DNA of 47,387 bases from an uncultured cyanobacterium (GTDB taxonomy: Bacteria; Cyanobacteriota; Cyanobacteriia; Cyanobacteriales; Microcystaceae). The notes beneath the pieces were generated by a model. That model was not told where the DNA came from. It made no database searches and saw nothing but the letters and a program-made list of their open reading frames with translations. How positions within the stretch are numbered: position 1 is the stretch's first letter; each line of letters starts with the position of its first letter. This document shows positions 32,236 to 41,533 of this stretch, one piece after another. Made by a program: the position numbers and the translations under genes. The stretch spans positions 1 to 47,387 of the forward strand of contig CAWEDJ010000079.1 in the NCBI GenBank assembly GCA_963807635.1. The letters run 5' to 3'.

Positions 32236-32685
32236 TTAATGACAATACTTTTTTAGTAGAGAGGAAATCAACTCAACCCGATTAGGTTGGGTTTGAACTG
32301 CATAGGCTTCTCTCTCTAGTTCCTTGCGGTCAGTATCTCCATAGTGCATAAAAAATGGTTGAGCATAAATGAGTGGATCAATGTCTAAGCCTAATAAGGC
32401 GAATTTTCCTTTTCCTTTACAAACCTGGGCAGCATGAACGGCTTCGTGGATGAGGGTTTGCTCGGCAATGCCTAATTCAAAAACGACTGGATTAATCCAT
32501 ATTTTTTTGCTGTCGGACTTGAGTAAACCGTAGGCTCCTCTCTGGGGTGGTAAATCCAAAATAACTTGAAATTTAGACTGTTCTAATTGTTTTTTGAGTA
32601 TTTCAAACGATGACTCTTGAATAGGAACTTGAGCAACTAAAATTATCGTATGAAGGGCGATCGCGGGAAAAATAATCAAGGGCAT
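32236..32685 (-). CDS. Hypothetical exported protein with HExxH zincin motif
   Basis: Hydrophobic N-terminus, TLIHEAVHAAQ and a downstream EREAY glutamate. Confidence 0.75.
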   Translation of the reverse strand: MPLIIFPAIALHTIILVAQVPIQESSFEILKKQLEQSKFQVILDLPPQRGAYGLLKSDSKKIWINPVVFELGIAEQTLIHEAVHAAQVCKGKGKFALLGLDIDPLIYAQPFFMHYGDTDRKELEREAYAVQTQPNRVELISSLLKKYCH

Positions 32686-32689
32686 AAAG

Positions 32690-33571
32690 TTAGGAAGACA
32701 TTCCTCCCACCATGACTCGTGCAATCCAAAAAGGAATTAGGGCAAATAAAGCCAACCAATCCCAATTTAAGAGCCGCAATTGATGCCATTCGACTCGGTG
32801 CTGATCGGGGGTAGTAAATCCCCTGACTTCCATCGCGATCGCCATTTGTTCGGCTCGCAGTAATAAATTTTCTAATAATCGTTCAATGACAATCAGCCAA
32901 ATCTGAAAACTTTTCTTAAGACCTAATTTTTTCCAATTAATCGCCCTGGTGCGGATTGAGCGAGCCAGATTTTGAATTTCTTCTAATACCAAAGGCATAA
33001 AACGGAGGGATAACGTCAGGGTTAGAGTAATTTCCGTAATGGGTAATTTAAAACGACGCAGGGGAGATAATAAATCTTCCAATCCTGCTGTAATTTCTTC
33101 GGGAGCAGTGGTCAATAAATAAAGATTGGTACTATAAATTAGGGTAAAAATGAGGGTACTGACTCGAATCCCTAATTCTAGCGATCGACGAGTGATAAAG
33201 AGTCTGCCTTTATCTAATAAAACGTAATTATAATCGGTCGGTTGGGGTAGATTTAGCTCCAAATCGGGAAGACGAGGCTGGGATGTGACGCTTAAACCAT
33301 CGGGGGTAATGGCGGTAATAATCAAAACGAACAGGCAAAGGGTAAATAACCAACCCATCTGTTGCCGCCAAACCCGTAGGGGAATAGATGCCGAAAGGGT
33401 TAGTAGGAATAATAATCCTGCGAGTCCCAAACGCCAGACGGGATTGGCCAACAAGGGAGCCACCAAAAATGTCATCAACCAAGCGAACTTTACCCTGGGA
33501 TCTAGTCGATGTAACCAAGTAATTGGTTTTTCTAAATAGAGTCCGATGGGGAGCGATCGCAATAAATCCAT
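32690..33571 (-). CDS. ECF transporter transmembrane T component (CbiQ/Ycf92-like)
   Basis: WLHRLDPRVK, TTAPEEI, LSLRFMPL and AMEVRGF. Confidence 0.92.
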   Translation of the reverse strand: MDLLRSLPIGLYLEKPITWLHRLDPRVKFAWLMTFLVAPLLANPVWRLGLAGLLFLLTLSASIPLRVWRQQMGWLFTLCLFVLIITAITPDGLSVTSQPRLPDLELNLPQPTDYNYVLLDKGRLFITRRSLELGIRVSTLIFTLIYSTNLYLLTTAPEEITAGLEDLLSPLRRFKLPITEITLTLTLSLRFMPLVLEEIQNLARSIRTRAINWKKLGLKKSFQIWLIVIERLLENLLLRAEQMAIAMEVRGFTTPDQHRVEWHQLRLLNWDWLALFALIPFWIARVMVGGMSS

Positions 33572-33720
33572 AAAATCCAGACCAATTGAATTTTGTTATC
33601 CCTAACGAGGGACTCTTAATATATTAGAGGTTTGCGCCTACAATGGTGAGGTGTTGATCCTTAACTATTGAGTGTTAATTATTAACCCAAATCCCCCTTA
33701 ATCGCGTTTTTTAGGCTCCC

Positions 33721-35064
33721 TTGACTCAATCCCCTTCCCCTCAAGAAACCCATCTCAAACAAGCTCAGACCAGCATTCAGCAAGCCGTGAACTGGTATGC
33801 GAGTGTCCGTCGCCATTGGAACTATCCCCCCAATGTTCAATTACAGGCGGCCGTGCGTCAAGATATCCAAAATCTCAAGGCGGCTCTCGAAAAAATCGAG
33901 CAACAGGTTATTAAAATTGCCACGTTTGGGTTAGTCAGTCGGGGAAAATCGGCGGTCGTCAATGCGCTACTAGGTCAAAAAGTCTTGGAAACTGGCCCTC
34001 TACATGGCGTAACCCAATGGCCCAAATCGATTCGTTGGACAGCCAATGAGAAGGTACAAATTGAACTGATTGATACCCCTGGTTTAGATGAAATTGCGGG
34101 GGAAGCGCGGGCTAATATGGCCAAAGAAGTCGCAGGTCAAGCCGATTTAATTCTTTTCATTGTGGCAGGAGATATTACCCGTACTGAATACGATGCACTC
34201 TGGGAACTGAAACAAAGCCATAAACCCTTGATTTTAGTGTTTAATAAAATTGATTTATATCCCGAACAAGACCGAGAAACGATTTACCAACAATTGCAAC
34301 AATTAGGCAAAAATACCCGCAAACTGCCCATTTTATCGGCCGATGATATTATTTGTGTGGCCGCCGAACCCCAACCGATCGCCGTGCGGATCGAATTCAG
34401 CGATCGCCCTCCTGAGAATCAATGGGAAACTCCGCCGCCCCAAATCGAAGCATTAAAACAAAAAATTCTGACAATTCTCAATCAAGAAGGGCGTTCTCTC
34501 CTCGCGATTAATGCGCTTTTTCAAGCAAAAAAAGCTCAAGAAAATATTTCCCAAAAAACCGTTACCATTCGTCAAGAAGAAGCCGATTCTATCATCTGGA
34601 AATACGCCCAGTACAAAGCTCTCGCGATCGCCATGAATCCCATTGCCGTCTTGGATATTGCGGGGGGACTTGTCGCAGATTTATTTTTAATTCGTTCCCT
34701 CGCACGGTTATACGGACTTCCCATTACGAGTTTTGAAGCGGGTAAACTCTGGCAAAAAATTCTCTTCTCTTCGGGGGGCTTATTGCTCAGTGAATTGGGC
34801 AGTAGTCTAATCCTGGGTTTTGGCAAAACGGCGGCGGTGTTTGAAAGTCCAGGGGCATTAACGACCTATGCGAGTACCGCTTTTTTACAGGGAGGCGTGG
34901 CGGGCTACAGCACCTATATTGTGGGAAAAGCGGCTAAAGAATATTTAGCGAATGGTTGTAGTTGGGGGCCTTGGGGAGCCAGTACGGTAATCGATAATAT
35001 TTTGGCTCAAGTTGACGGCAATACTTTTATTTATCGTCTATTTCAATCAGAAAAGGGTGAATAA
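33721..35064 (+). CDS. Era-like GTP-binding protein with C-terminal DUF697
   Basis: GLVSRGKS, DTPG and NKID; hydrophobic C-terminal helices. Confidence 0.88.
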   Translation: MTQSPSPQETHLKQAQTSIQQAVNWYASVRRHWNYPPNVQLQAAVRQDIQNLKAALEKIEQQVIKIATFGLVSRGKSAVVNALLGQKVLETGPLHGVTQWPKSIRWTANEKVQIELIDTPGLDEIAGEARANMAKEVAGQADLILFIVAGDITRTEYDALWELKQSHKPLILVFNKIDLYPEQDRETIYQQLQQLGKNTRKLPILSADDIICVAAEPQPIAVRIEFSDRPPENQWETPPPQIEALKQKILTILNQEGRSLLAINALFQAKKAQENISQKTVTIRQEEADSIIWKYAQYKALAIAMNPIAVLDIAGGLVADLFLIRSLARLYGLPITSFEAGKLWQKILFSSGGLLLSELGSSLILGFGKTAAVFESPGALTTYASTAFLQGGVAGYSTYIVGKAAKEYLANGCSWGPWGASTVIDNILAQVDGNTFIYRLFQSEKGE

Positions 35065-35136
35065 TTTTGGCTGACTGTCGAATCATTATTCAGTGATCCC
35101 CTCAGTAAACGTGAGAATTATTTCTGAGTGCAAGCC

Positions 35137-36276
35137 CTACGCTTCCACTGATAAATAGGAATTGACCACTTTGACTAAATCTTGGGGAAGAAAGGGTTTA
35201 GAAACATAGCCGACCGACCCCAACATTTTCGCTTTAACCCGATCTAAAATGCCATCTCTTCCTGTCAGCATCACAATGGGAATATCCTTGAGGCTTGAGG
35301 ATTTACGACATAGACCACAAAGTTGATAGCCATCAATATCAGGCATATTAATATCCATTAAAATCAAATCAGGCTTAGGATTTAAGAGGGCAGTGAGGGC
35401 CTTGAGGGATTCCTTAATACTAATCACTCGATAGCCTTCCGACTCTAGGGTGAATTTCACCACCCGTTGAATAGAAGCACTATCATCAATGCAGGCCACA
35501 ATCGGACGATGATCATTAGTCGGCAAAATATAGGAACCCATTGCGATCGCGCCTGACTGGATCATCGGATTGAGGAGCGTTCCCAAACTGAGGGTACTGA
35601 GATCCATTTTATTGGCGAGATCATACAAACAGGACTGATCATCTAAAAAATGGTTTAAATTCTTTAACTTGGGATTAAATTGTCCTAGTTGTCCATCGAT
35701 TAAATCGATTAATTGGGAGCGGTTCGTGACTAAAGGACGCTGGAAGGGAGAAGCAATTAATTTTCTGAGTTGCCACCAGCATCTAACTTTGCTTTCAACG
35801 GGTAGCATCAATTTTTTTAGATTCAGGTAGAGTAATAAATTTTCTAACCCAACGGTATGTTCAAAATAACAAAAAGCTTTATTTTGGGATAGAATTTCAA
35901 TCAAAGCTTCCTGGGTGAATTTAGCTAGAATCGCTCGAATTTCTTGAAAGGAAAAATTATTTTTTTGCCATAACTCACAAAGGTATTGATAATCATCATT
36001 AATTTCTGGTGGTAAGGTAGATTTGTGGTTAGGTAAATAACGACCGAACAAGTAATTCAATCTTTCCGCGTATCCCATCGAACTACTGGCGTAATGAATT
36101 CTGCCATTACCCAAATAAATACGCCAATGAATAGAAGGATCGAGGGGATTTTGAACGACGAGTCTGCCAGATGCTTGCTTATCGATCAAAGTTTGCAGAA
36201 TTCGGTAGGGGGTTCCTTCCGTTTTGTTTTGATTGTTAACGGCTTTTTCTTGAATTATCATAGGATTTGATGTCAA
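35137..36276 (-). CDS. Second PatA-family response regulator (stand-alone paralog)
   Basis: Collinear with 30800-31945, with long identical blocks (QNPLDPSIHWR, LLNPKPDLILMDINMPDIDGYQLC, DIPIVMLTGRDGILDRVKAKM). Confidence 0.92.
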   Translation of the reverse strand: MTSNPMIIQEKAVNNQNKTEGTPYRILQTLIDKQASGRLVVQNPLDPSIHWRIYLGNGRIHYASSSMGYAERLNYLFGRYLPNHKSTLPPEINDDYQYLCELWQKNNFSFQEIRAILAKFTQEALIEILSQNKAFCYFEHTVGLENLLLYLNLKKLMLPVESKVRCWWQLRKLIASPFQRPLVTNRSQLIDLIDGQLGQFNPKLKNLNHFLDDQSCLYDLANKMDLSTLSLGTLLNPMIQSGAIAMGSYILPTNDHRPIVACIDDSASIQRVVKFTLESEGYRVISIKESLKALTALLNPKPDLILMDINMPDIDGYQLCGLCRKSSSLKDIPIVMLTGRDGILDRVKAKMLGSVGYVSKPFLPQDLVKVVNSYLSVEA

Positions 36277-36455
36277 TTCACCTTAAATATTATTAATAAC
36301 CTGATAAACTGTCTTTTATGAAATTTTATGAAAATTGATTATTTTTGATTCTAAACGACTTAAGGATAAATAGGTGTTATTTTCTTGTCTACACGCTTTT
36401 GAAAAAGTTTTTGTTGTTGTATCTTAACGAAATCTGCGATCGCACATCAGGTAAC

Positions 36456-36497
36456 AAGATAAAACAGTTCGTCAGGATGGGGGGTATCCGAAGTTAC
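36456..36497 (-). promoter_or_regulatory. Canonical NtcA-activated promoter upstream of the second patA
   Basis: Minus strand GTAACTTCGGATAC-N22-TATCTT, i.e. GTA-N8-TAC-N22-TAN3T. Confidence 0.7.
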
Positions 36498-36648
36498 CAT
36501 TAAGAATCCCGAATCAATTAGAGAGAATTATCATAAAAAAAACCTTATTCTATGATTTTAAATAGGAATTTTCGGCATTCTGGAGAGTGATTTTTAAGTC
36601 TTTTGTAAAAAAGCAAAGTGCGGCGGAGGGCGATCCTCTGGATTTATC

Positions 36649-36689
36649 AAAAAAAAATAAAATCTCCACTTGCTTTAGCAAAATGGAGA
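36649..36689 (-). terminator. Rho-independent terminator
   Basis: TCTCCA-c-TTGCT-tt-AGCAA-aa-TGGAGA stem followed on the minus strand by a long T run. Confidence 0.7.
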
Positions 36690-36718
36690 CCTGAAGCGAT
36701 TCAATTTCTCTTAAATCT

Positions 36719-37024
36719 TTAGTTACCGACTTCCGCAGGCTTGCGACTAGCCCGTAGACTTGCTTGAGTTTGTCCTTCATCAACGGGCAAAAATTCAAGA
36801 TGATTGAAAAGCGTTGTCACGAAGGCAAACAACAGAAAAGGAAGGGTTAGCACCAACACCAGGGCAACCGTTGCAAAGGCGTAAATTTGTCGGGTACTGC
36901 TCCAGAGGGCCAGGGTGGTTGCGAGGGAAATAAAAATAACGATCAACCAAATAATGATCTGTCCGTAGATATCACCAAAGGAGAGGGTGCATACCATGCG
37001 ATATTTGTGAGCGTCTTTGTCCAT
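36719..37024 (-). CDS. Small two-TM hypothetical membrane protein
   Basis: AGGA RBS, YRMVCTLSFGDIYGQII and two hydrophobic helices; followed by a terminator. Confidence 0.8.
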   Translation of the reverse strand: MDKDAHKYRMVCTLSFGDIYGQIIIWLIVIFISLATTLALWSSTRQIYAFATVALVLVLTLPFLLFAFVTTLFNHLEFLPVDEGQTQASLRASRKPAEVGN

Positions 37025-37181
37025 TATTGATATCCTGTAGGGTTGGGGGGCAAGAGGAAAACCAGCACAGTATTCGAGAAACTTTAAAAGCTGTTTATTT
37101 TAAAATACTAAATGATTATTCTCGCTTTATTGGTATATTTAGGAGCCATTTAATATTGCTTAATATTTCCAGATTATTTTT

Positions 37182-38906
37182 TTAAAAAAGTTTGTAATTG
37201 ACCGAAAAATAAAGACTTTGCTGGGAAAGGGTATTTCCCTGAATTTTAAATTCAGTCAAGGGGAGTCCCCAATCTAAGCGGGCATTAAAGCGATCGCCCA
37301 TTTGCCAGATTAATCCTAAGCCCAAACTCACCAGAGTATTGGGGCTGGGCGTGGGGATGGGATTGTCTTGGTCATTCCAGCCCGTGCCGTAATCGATAAA
37401 AGGGACGATTTGTAACAGTCCTTCTATTTCATTAACCCGCAAAATGGGCAGACGAACCTCGGCTGAGGCAAAAATTCCATTATCCGTTAAAAAAAAGTCC
37501 TGACGATAACCCCGCACACTATTTAATCCGCCCAGGGTCAATTGCTCTAGGGGAACTAGGGGATCGGTAGATAACTGCACAGCAGACCGAAAGACAAACA
37601 ACGTATCAGGCGCGAGTAAACGGACATACTGACCTTGACTGCGCCATTCAAAAAAGCGACCATCGGGGGGATTCTCATTGGTCGTTGCATCTAAAAGACC
37701 TAACCCCAAACTAAATTGGGAACGGAGAGCCAGAACGTCCTCCGCGCCCCGTTGCGTCCATTCCTGAAAAAATCGGAGAGCAGAAATCTTGGTTTGTCCC
37801 TGATCATTGGCTCCTGGGGATAGGGGAAAATCAACTCCCAATAGGGTGGTTTGACTGGCGGAATAGGAACCTGTTAGGCCCAGGGCTAATTCTTGAGACG
37901 GATTTTGGAGGACGGGCTGACGGTAGGTGAAATCTAGATAGAGGGAATCTCCCGTAATATCCAATTGATCAAAGGGGGCTTCAATTACATTAGTCGCGTT
38001 CCATTGTCCTGAGAGTTTGAGGGTTCCGTTTTGGGGATTGATGGGCAGGGTATAGGTTCCATAGAGGGAGTTACTACCGTCACTATTGGCGTATTCCAAG
38101 CTAATTGCGTCACCGATCCCCAATAAATTCCCCTCACTTATCCGCAATCCTCTTTCAACGCTCCCAATGCTTCTAACTTTGCCATTATCAACAAAAAGAT
38201 CCAAATCAAAGGTCTCTGCTTCCTGGACATTGACGGAGAGGAGACTGGATTCGGGGACGGAACCCGCCGATATTTCCGCCGAAATTGATTTAATCAGGGG
38301 ATTAAGCTGTAAGAGTTGCAATGCCTGGAGTAATTGCTTTTGGTTAAAGGGTTTATCGGTGGCGATCGCTAAACGACTGCGGACATATTCGGGGTCTAAT
38401 TTACCGTCAACCTTGACGTTGATAGCTTCTAAACTGCCTTCAATAATTTGGATGGTGACAACGGCTCCTTTGGGAGAAAGGGTTTGATTAGCAGGAATAA
38501 TGGCTCCAGAGTTGATATAGCCCGCGTCGGTATAAAGCTTGGTAACGGCGGCTTCGGCTTGTAATAATTCGGCAAAGGTAATCGGTCGATTAACAAAACT
38601 CTCCGTTGCTTTTTGGAGTTCTTCTTGGTTAAAAGCGGTATTTCCCGTAAAGGTAAATTCTTTAACGAATATTTCCCCTGGAATCTTGGGTAAATTGCTA
38701 GGAGCAATCGGTTGAGGAGTCAATAAATCGAGGGATGGGATGGGGGCATTTTCGGGCAGTGGCAAAGGTTGAGATGGTGTCCTGGGAACCAAAATCCTAC
38801 CAGGAGAGAGAGACGGAGCCTGAGTTTGAGCCAATGCCCTGGTCGGATTGAGAAGAATTAATCCTAGAATGATGAACCCTAAAGTTTGTTTGAACATCCC
38901 CAACAA
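37182..38906 (-). CDS. ShlB/FhaC/HecB (TpsB/Omp85) outer-membrane secretion protein
   Basis: Signal peptide, POTRA FTFTGNTAF and YTDAGYINSGA, LGGLNSVRGY motif, terminal Phe. Confidence 0.93.
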   Translation of the reverse strand: MLGMFKQTLGFIILGLILLNPTRALAQTQAPSLSPGRILVPRTPSQPLPLPENAPIPSLDLLTPQPIAPSNLPKIPGEIFVKEFTFTGNTAFNQEELQKATESFVNRPITFAELLQAEAAVTKLYTDAGYINSGAIIPANQTLSPKGAVVTIQIIEGSLEAINVKVDGKLDPEYVRSRLAIATDKPFNQKQLLQALQLLQLNPLIKSISAEISAGSVPESSLLSVNVQEAETFDLDLFVDNGKVRSIGSVERGLRISEGNLLGIGDAISLEYANSDGSNSLYGTYTLPINPQNGTLKLSGQWNATNVIEAPFDQLDITGDSLYLDFTYRQPVLQNPSQELALGLTGSYSASQTTLLGVDFPLSPGANDQGQTKISALRFFQEWTQRGAEDVLALRSQFSLGLGLLDATTNENPPDGRFFEWRSQGQYVRLLAPDTLFVFRSAVQLSTDPLVPLEQLTLGGLNSVRGYRQDFFLTDNGIFASAEVRLPILRVNEIEGLLQIVPFIDYGTGWNDQDNPIPTPSPNTLVSLGLGLIWQMGDRFNARLDWGLPLTEFKIQGNTLSQQSLYFSVNYKLF

Positions 38907-39290
38907 AGTAACTTAATTGAAAAAAAATTGTGCTTCTTCCAGTCAAGGAAAAATTGCGATCGCATTTGTTTATTATTTGTCCCTATGGAGAAGACTCATT
39001 CACAGACAAGTAATTTTTATAGGATGACAAATGACTGCCCTTTATTCTAGAGCTTTATGGCGCAAAAAGGAGAAAACAATATTCTTTTTGATGGAATGTT
39101 ACTTTTTTTCAGAATAAAGCGGATCGAAGCAGACTAGATTAACATAACGGGGGGAGTTCATCTATAATCTCTAAAGGTATTCTTCAATGTAGCCATGATT
39201 AGGGTTTAAGAATGTTTGCATTAAAATGCTTTAACCTTCAAGAGGAAGAATGGAACTGGAAATAAATTTTCCGTATTGTTAATAATTGCT

Positions 39291-40688
39291 ATGAATGAAG
39301 AATCAGAATTGAGTTGGGAACAGATTAAACAAGCCGCAGATCGCATTATTTTTGCCCATACGGGGGAACACCTCAAAGATATTGAAATATTGGTTTTGCA
39401 GAGTTCTTGGGAGGGATTGACCTATGAAGCGATGGCAGGGGTACATTTTTTGGCGGTGAGTTATTTGAGAGGAGATGTGGGCCCGACTTTGTGGCAAAAG
39501 CTATCCGATGCCCTGGGAGAAACACTCACGAAGAAAAATTTTAAAAATGCTCTCAAAAGAGCCGCTCAACGACAATTATCGTTTAGTTCTGTTATTCATT
39601 CAACGATCGCAACTTCAAATACGAGTTCTAGCCATACCTCTGAAACGTCTAGTCCCAACCCAACTACCTTTACCCCGCCCTTTCCCGAAGGCTCCGTTCC
39701 CCTAGACTCTCCCCTCTACTTAGAGCGAGAAGGCGTAGACCAGCTTTGTTATGATATGGTCACGCGATCGGGGGCATTGTTACGGATTAAAGCTCCCAAA
39801 CAAATGGGAAAAACCTCATTAATCACCAGAATTTTGGCTCACGGTAAAGTTAATCAATACAAAACAGTTTATATCGATCTAAAAAGTGTTGAAAGAAGTA
39901 TCATTAGTAATTTAGATAAATTCCTACGATGGCTCTGCGTAATCGTTGGGCGACAACTAGAATTAGAAAATTGTTTAAAGGATTATTGGGACACGGAAAT
40001 TTTAGGTAGTAATGATAACTGTACGGTGTATTTTGAAGAATATTTGTTAGCTGAAATTGATTGCCCCTTAGTTTTGGCATTAGATAGCGTTGATCGTCTT
40101 TTTGCCTATAGCGCAGTGGTCGAAGATGTCCTGGGAATGTTGAGAAGCTGGCACGAAAAAGGTAAAACAATCCATCGTTGGCGACAATTAAGACTTGTTC
40201 TCGCCCATTCCACTGAATCCTATATTCCTTTAGATATCAACCAATCTCCCTTTAATGCGGGGGTTCCCATTGAATTACTAGAATTTAATATTCAACAAAT
40301 TTTTGATTTAACGAATATTTATCATCTGGATTGGCAGCAGTCCCAGATCGAAAAATTAATGGCAATGGTCGGTGGTCATCCCTATCTGATTTCTCTGGCT
40401 CTCTACGCGATCGCAACAGGCAGATTAAGCTTAGAGCAAGTTTTATCAGAAGCAGCAACTGAAACAGGGATTTATAAAGCCCATCTTTACCAGCAATTAC
40501 AAACTTTAAAACAAGCTCCCTTACTAGCCGAAGGATTTAATAAAGTCGTCCTTTCGCCTGAACCCGTTACCCTCGATTCTATACAGATTTATAAGTTACA
40601 TAGTATGGGATTAGTCCAGCAACAGAATAATCAAGTGATTCCGAGATGTCATCTATACCGTGAATATTTTCGTCGAGTTTTTTTATAA
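39291..40688 (+). CDS. N-terminal HTH-like domain + AAA_35 NTPase
   Basis: HLKDIEILVLQSSWEGLTYEAMA...GPTLWQKLSDALGE..KKNFK, Walker A APKQMGKTS, Walker B LALDSVD, QSPFNAG and GGHPYL. Confidence 0.88.
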   Translation: MNEESELSWEQIKQAADRIIFAHTGEHLKDIEILVLQSSWEGLTYEAMAGVHFLAVSYLRGDVGPTLWQKLSDALGETLTKKNFKNALKRAAQRQLSFSSVIHSTIATSNTSSSHTSETSSPNPTTFTPPFPEGSVPLDSPLYLEREGVDQLCYDMVTRSGALLRIKAPKQMGKTSLITRILAHGKVNQYKTVYIDLKSVERSIISNLDKFLRWLCVIVGRQLELENCLKDYWDTEILGSNDNCTVYFEEYLLAEIDCPLVLALDSVDRLFAYSAVVEDVLGMLRSWHEKGKTIHRWRQLRLVLAHSTESYIPLDINQSPFNAGVPIELLEFNIQQIFDLTNIYHLDWQQSQIEKLMAMVGGHPYLISLALYAIATGRLSLEQVLSEAATETGIYKAHLYQQLQTLKQAPLLAEGFNKVVLSPEPVTLDSIQIYKLHSMGLVQQQNNQVIPRCHLYREYFRRVFL

Positions 40689-40734
40689 AATATAATGTGA
40701 TATAAAATAAAATTGATCTTTACAGAGGTTTTCC

Positions 40735-41517
40735 ATGATTCAGGCCGTCCCTCAGATTTTAGCCCTAGATTTTGATGGCGTTATTTGTGATGGAATTCTG
40801 GAATATTTTCAAACAACAAAATGCACCTACGAAACTCTCTGGAAAGTTGGCGATCGCGATCGTCTAGAGCAGTTTGCCGATCAATTTTATCGCCTGAGAC
40901 CCGTGATTGAAACTGGCTGGGAAATGCCCATTTTATTAAGAGCTTTAGTCTTAGAAATTCCTGATGAAAAAATTCTTCATAGTTGGCCAGAAATTTTAAA
41001 AAATTTGTTAGAATCCGATCAGCTTGATAAGTCCTTAATCATCCAAAATTTTGACAAAGTTAGAGATGAATGGATTACGAAGGATCTAGAAAGTTGGTTA
41101 GGATTGCATCACTTTTATCCAGGGGTAATCGAACGACTTCAACAAATCCTTAATTCTTCAACTAAACTCTATATTATCAGTACCAAAGAAAGTCGCTTTA
41201 CTCAAACATTATTAGCAGAACAAGGAGTTTTTATTAATCCCCGACATATTTTCGGAAAAGAAGTGAAGCAACCTAAACATCAAACCCTCCGTCAAATTCT
41301 AGATCAAAATCAATTAAATCCTGAACAACTGTGGTTTGTCGAAGATTTATTAAAAACCTTACAACTTGTCGCTGATCAACCTAATTTAAAGAAGATAGGA
41401 CTATTTTTAGCAGATTGGGGCTACAATACTCAATTAATCCGAGACTCTATTCAAAATAATCCACAAATTAAATTGTTATCATTAAATCAGTTTAATCAAG
41501 ACTTTTCATATTGGTAA
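40735..41517 (+). CDS. HAD-family hydrolase
   Basis: Motif I ALDFDGVICD, motif II ISTK, motif IV WFVEDLLKTL, and LADWGYN. Confidence 0.9.
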   Translation: MIQAVPQILALDFDGVICDGILEYFQTTKCTYETLWKVGDRDRLEQFADQFYRLRPVIETGWEMPILLRALVLEIPDEKILHSWPEILKNLLESDQLDKSLIIQNFDKVRDEWITKDLESWLGLHHFYPGVIERLQQILNSSTKLYIISTKESRFTQTLLAEQGVFINPRHIFGKEVKQPKHQTLRQILDQNQLNPEQLWFVEDLLKTLQLVADQPNLKKIGLFLADWGYNTQLIRDSIQNNPQIKLLSLNQFNQDFSYW

Positions 41518-41533
41518 ATATAACAGAGGTTAA

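Noticed and set aside
36314..36333. TTTTATGAAA tandem direct repeat upstream of the second patA
   Set aside because: Low-complexity AT-rich sequence that cannot be assigned to a regulator.
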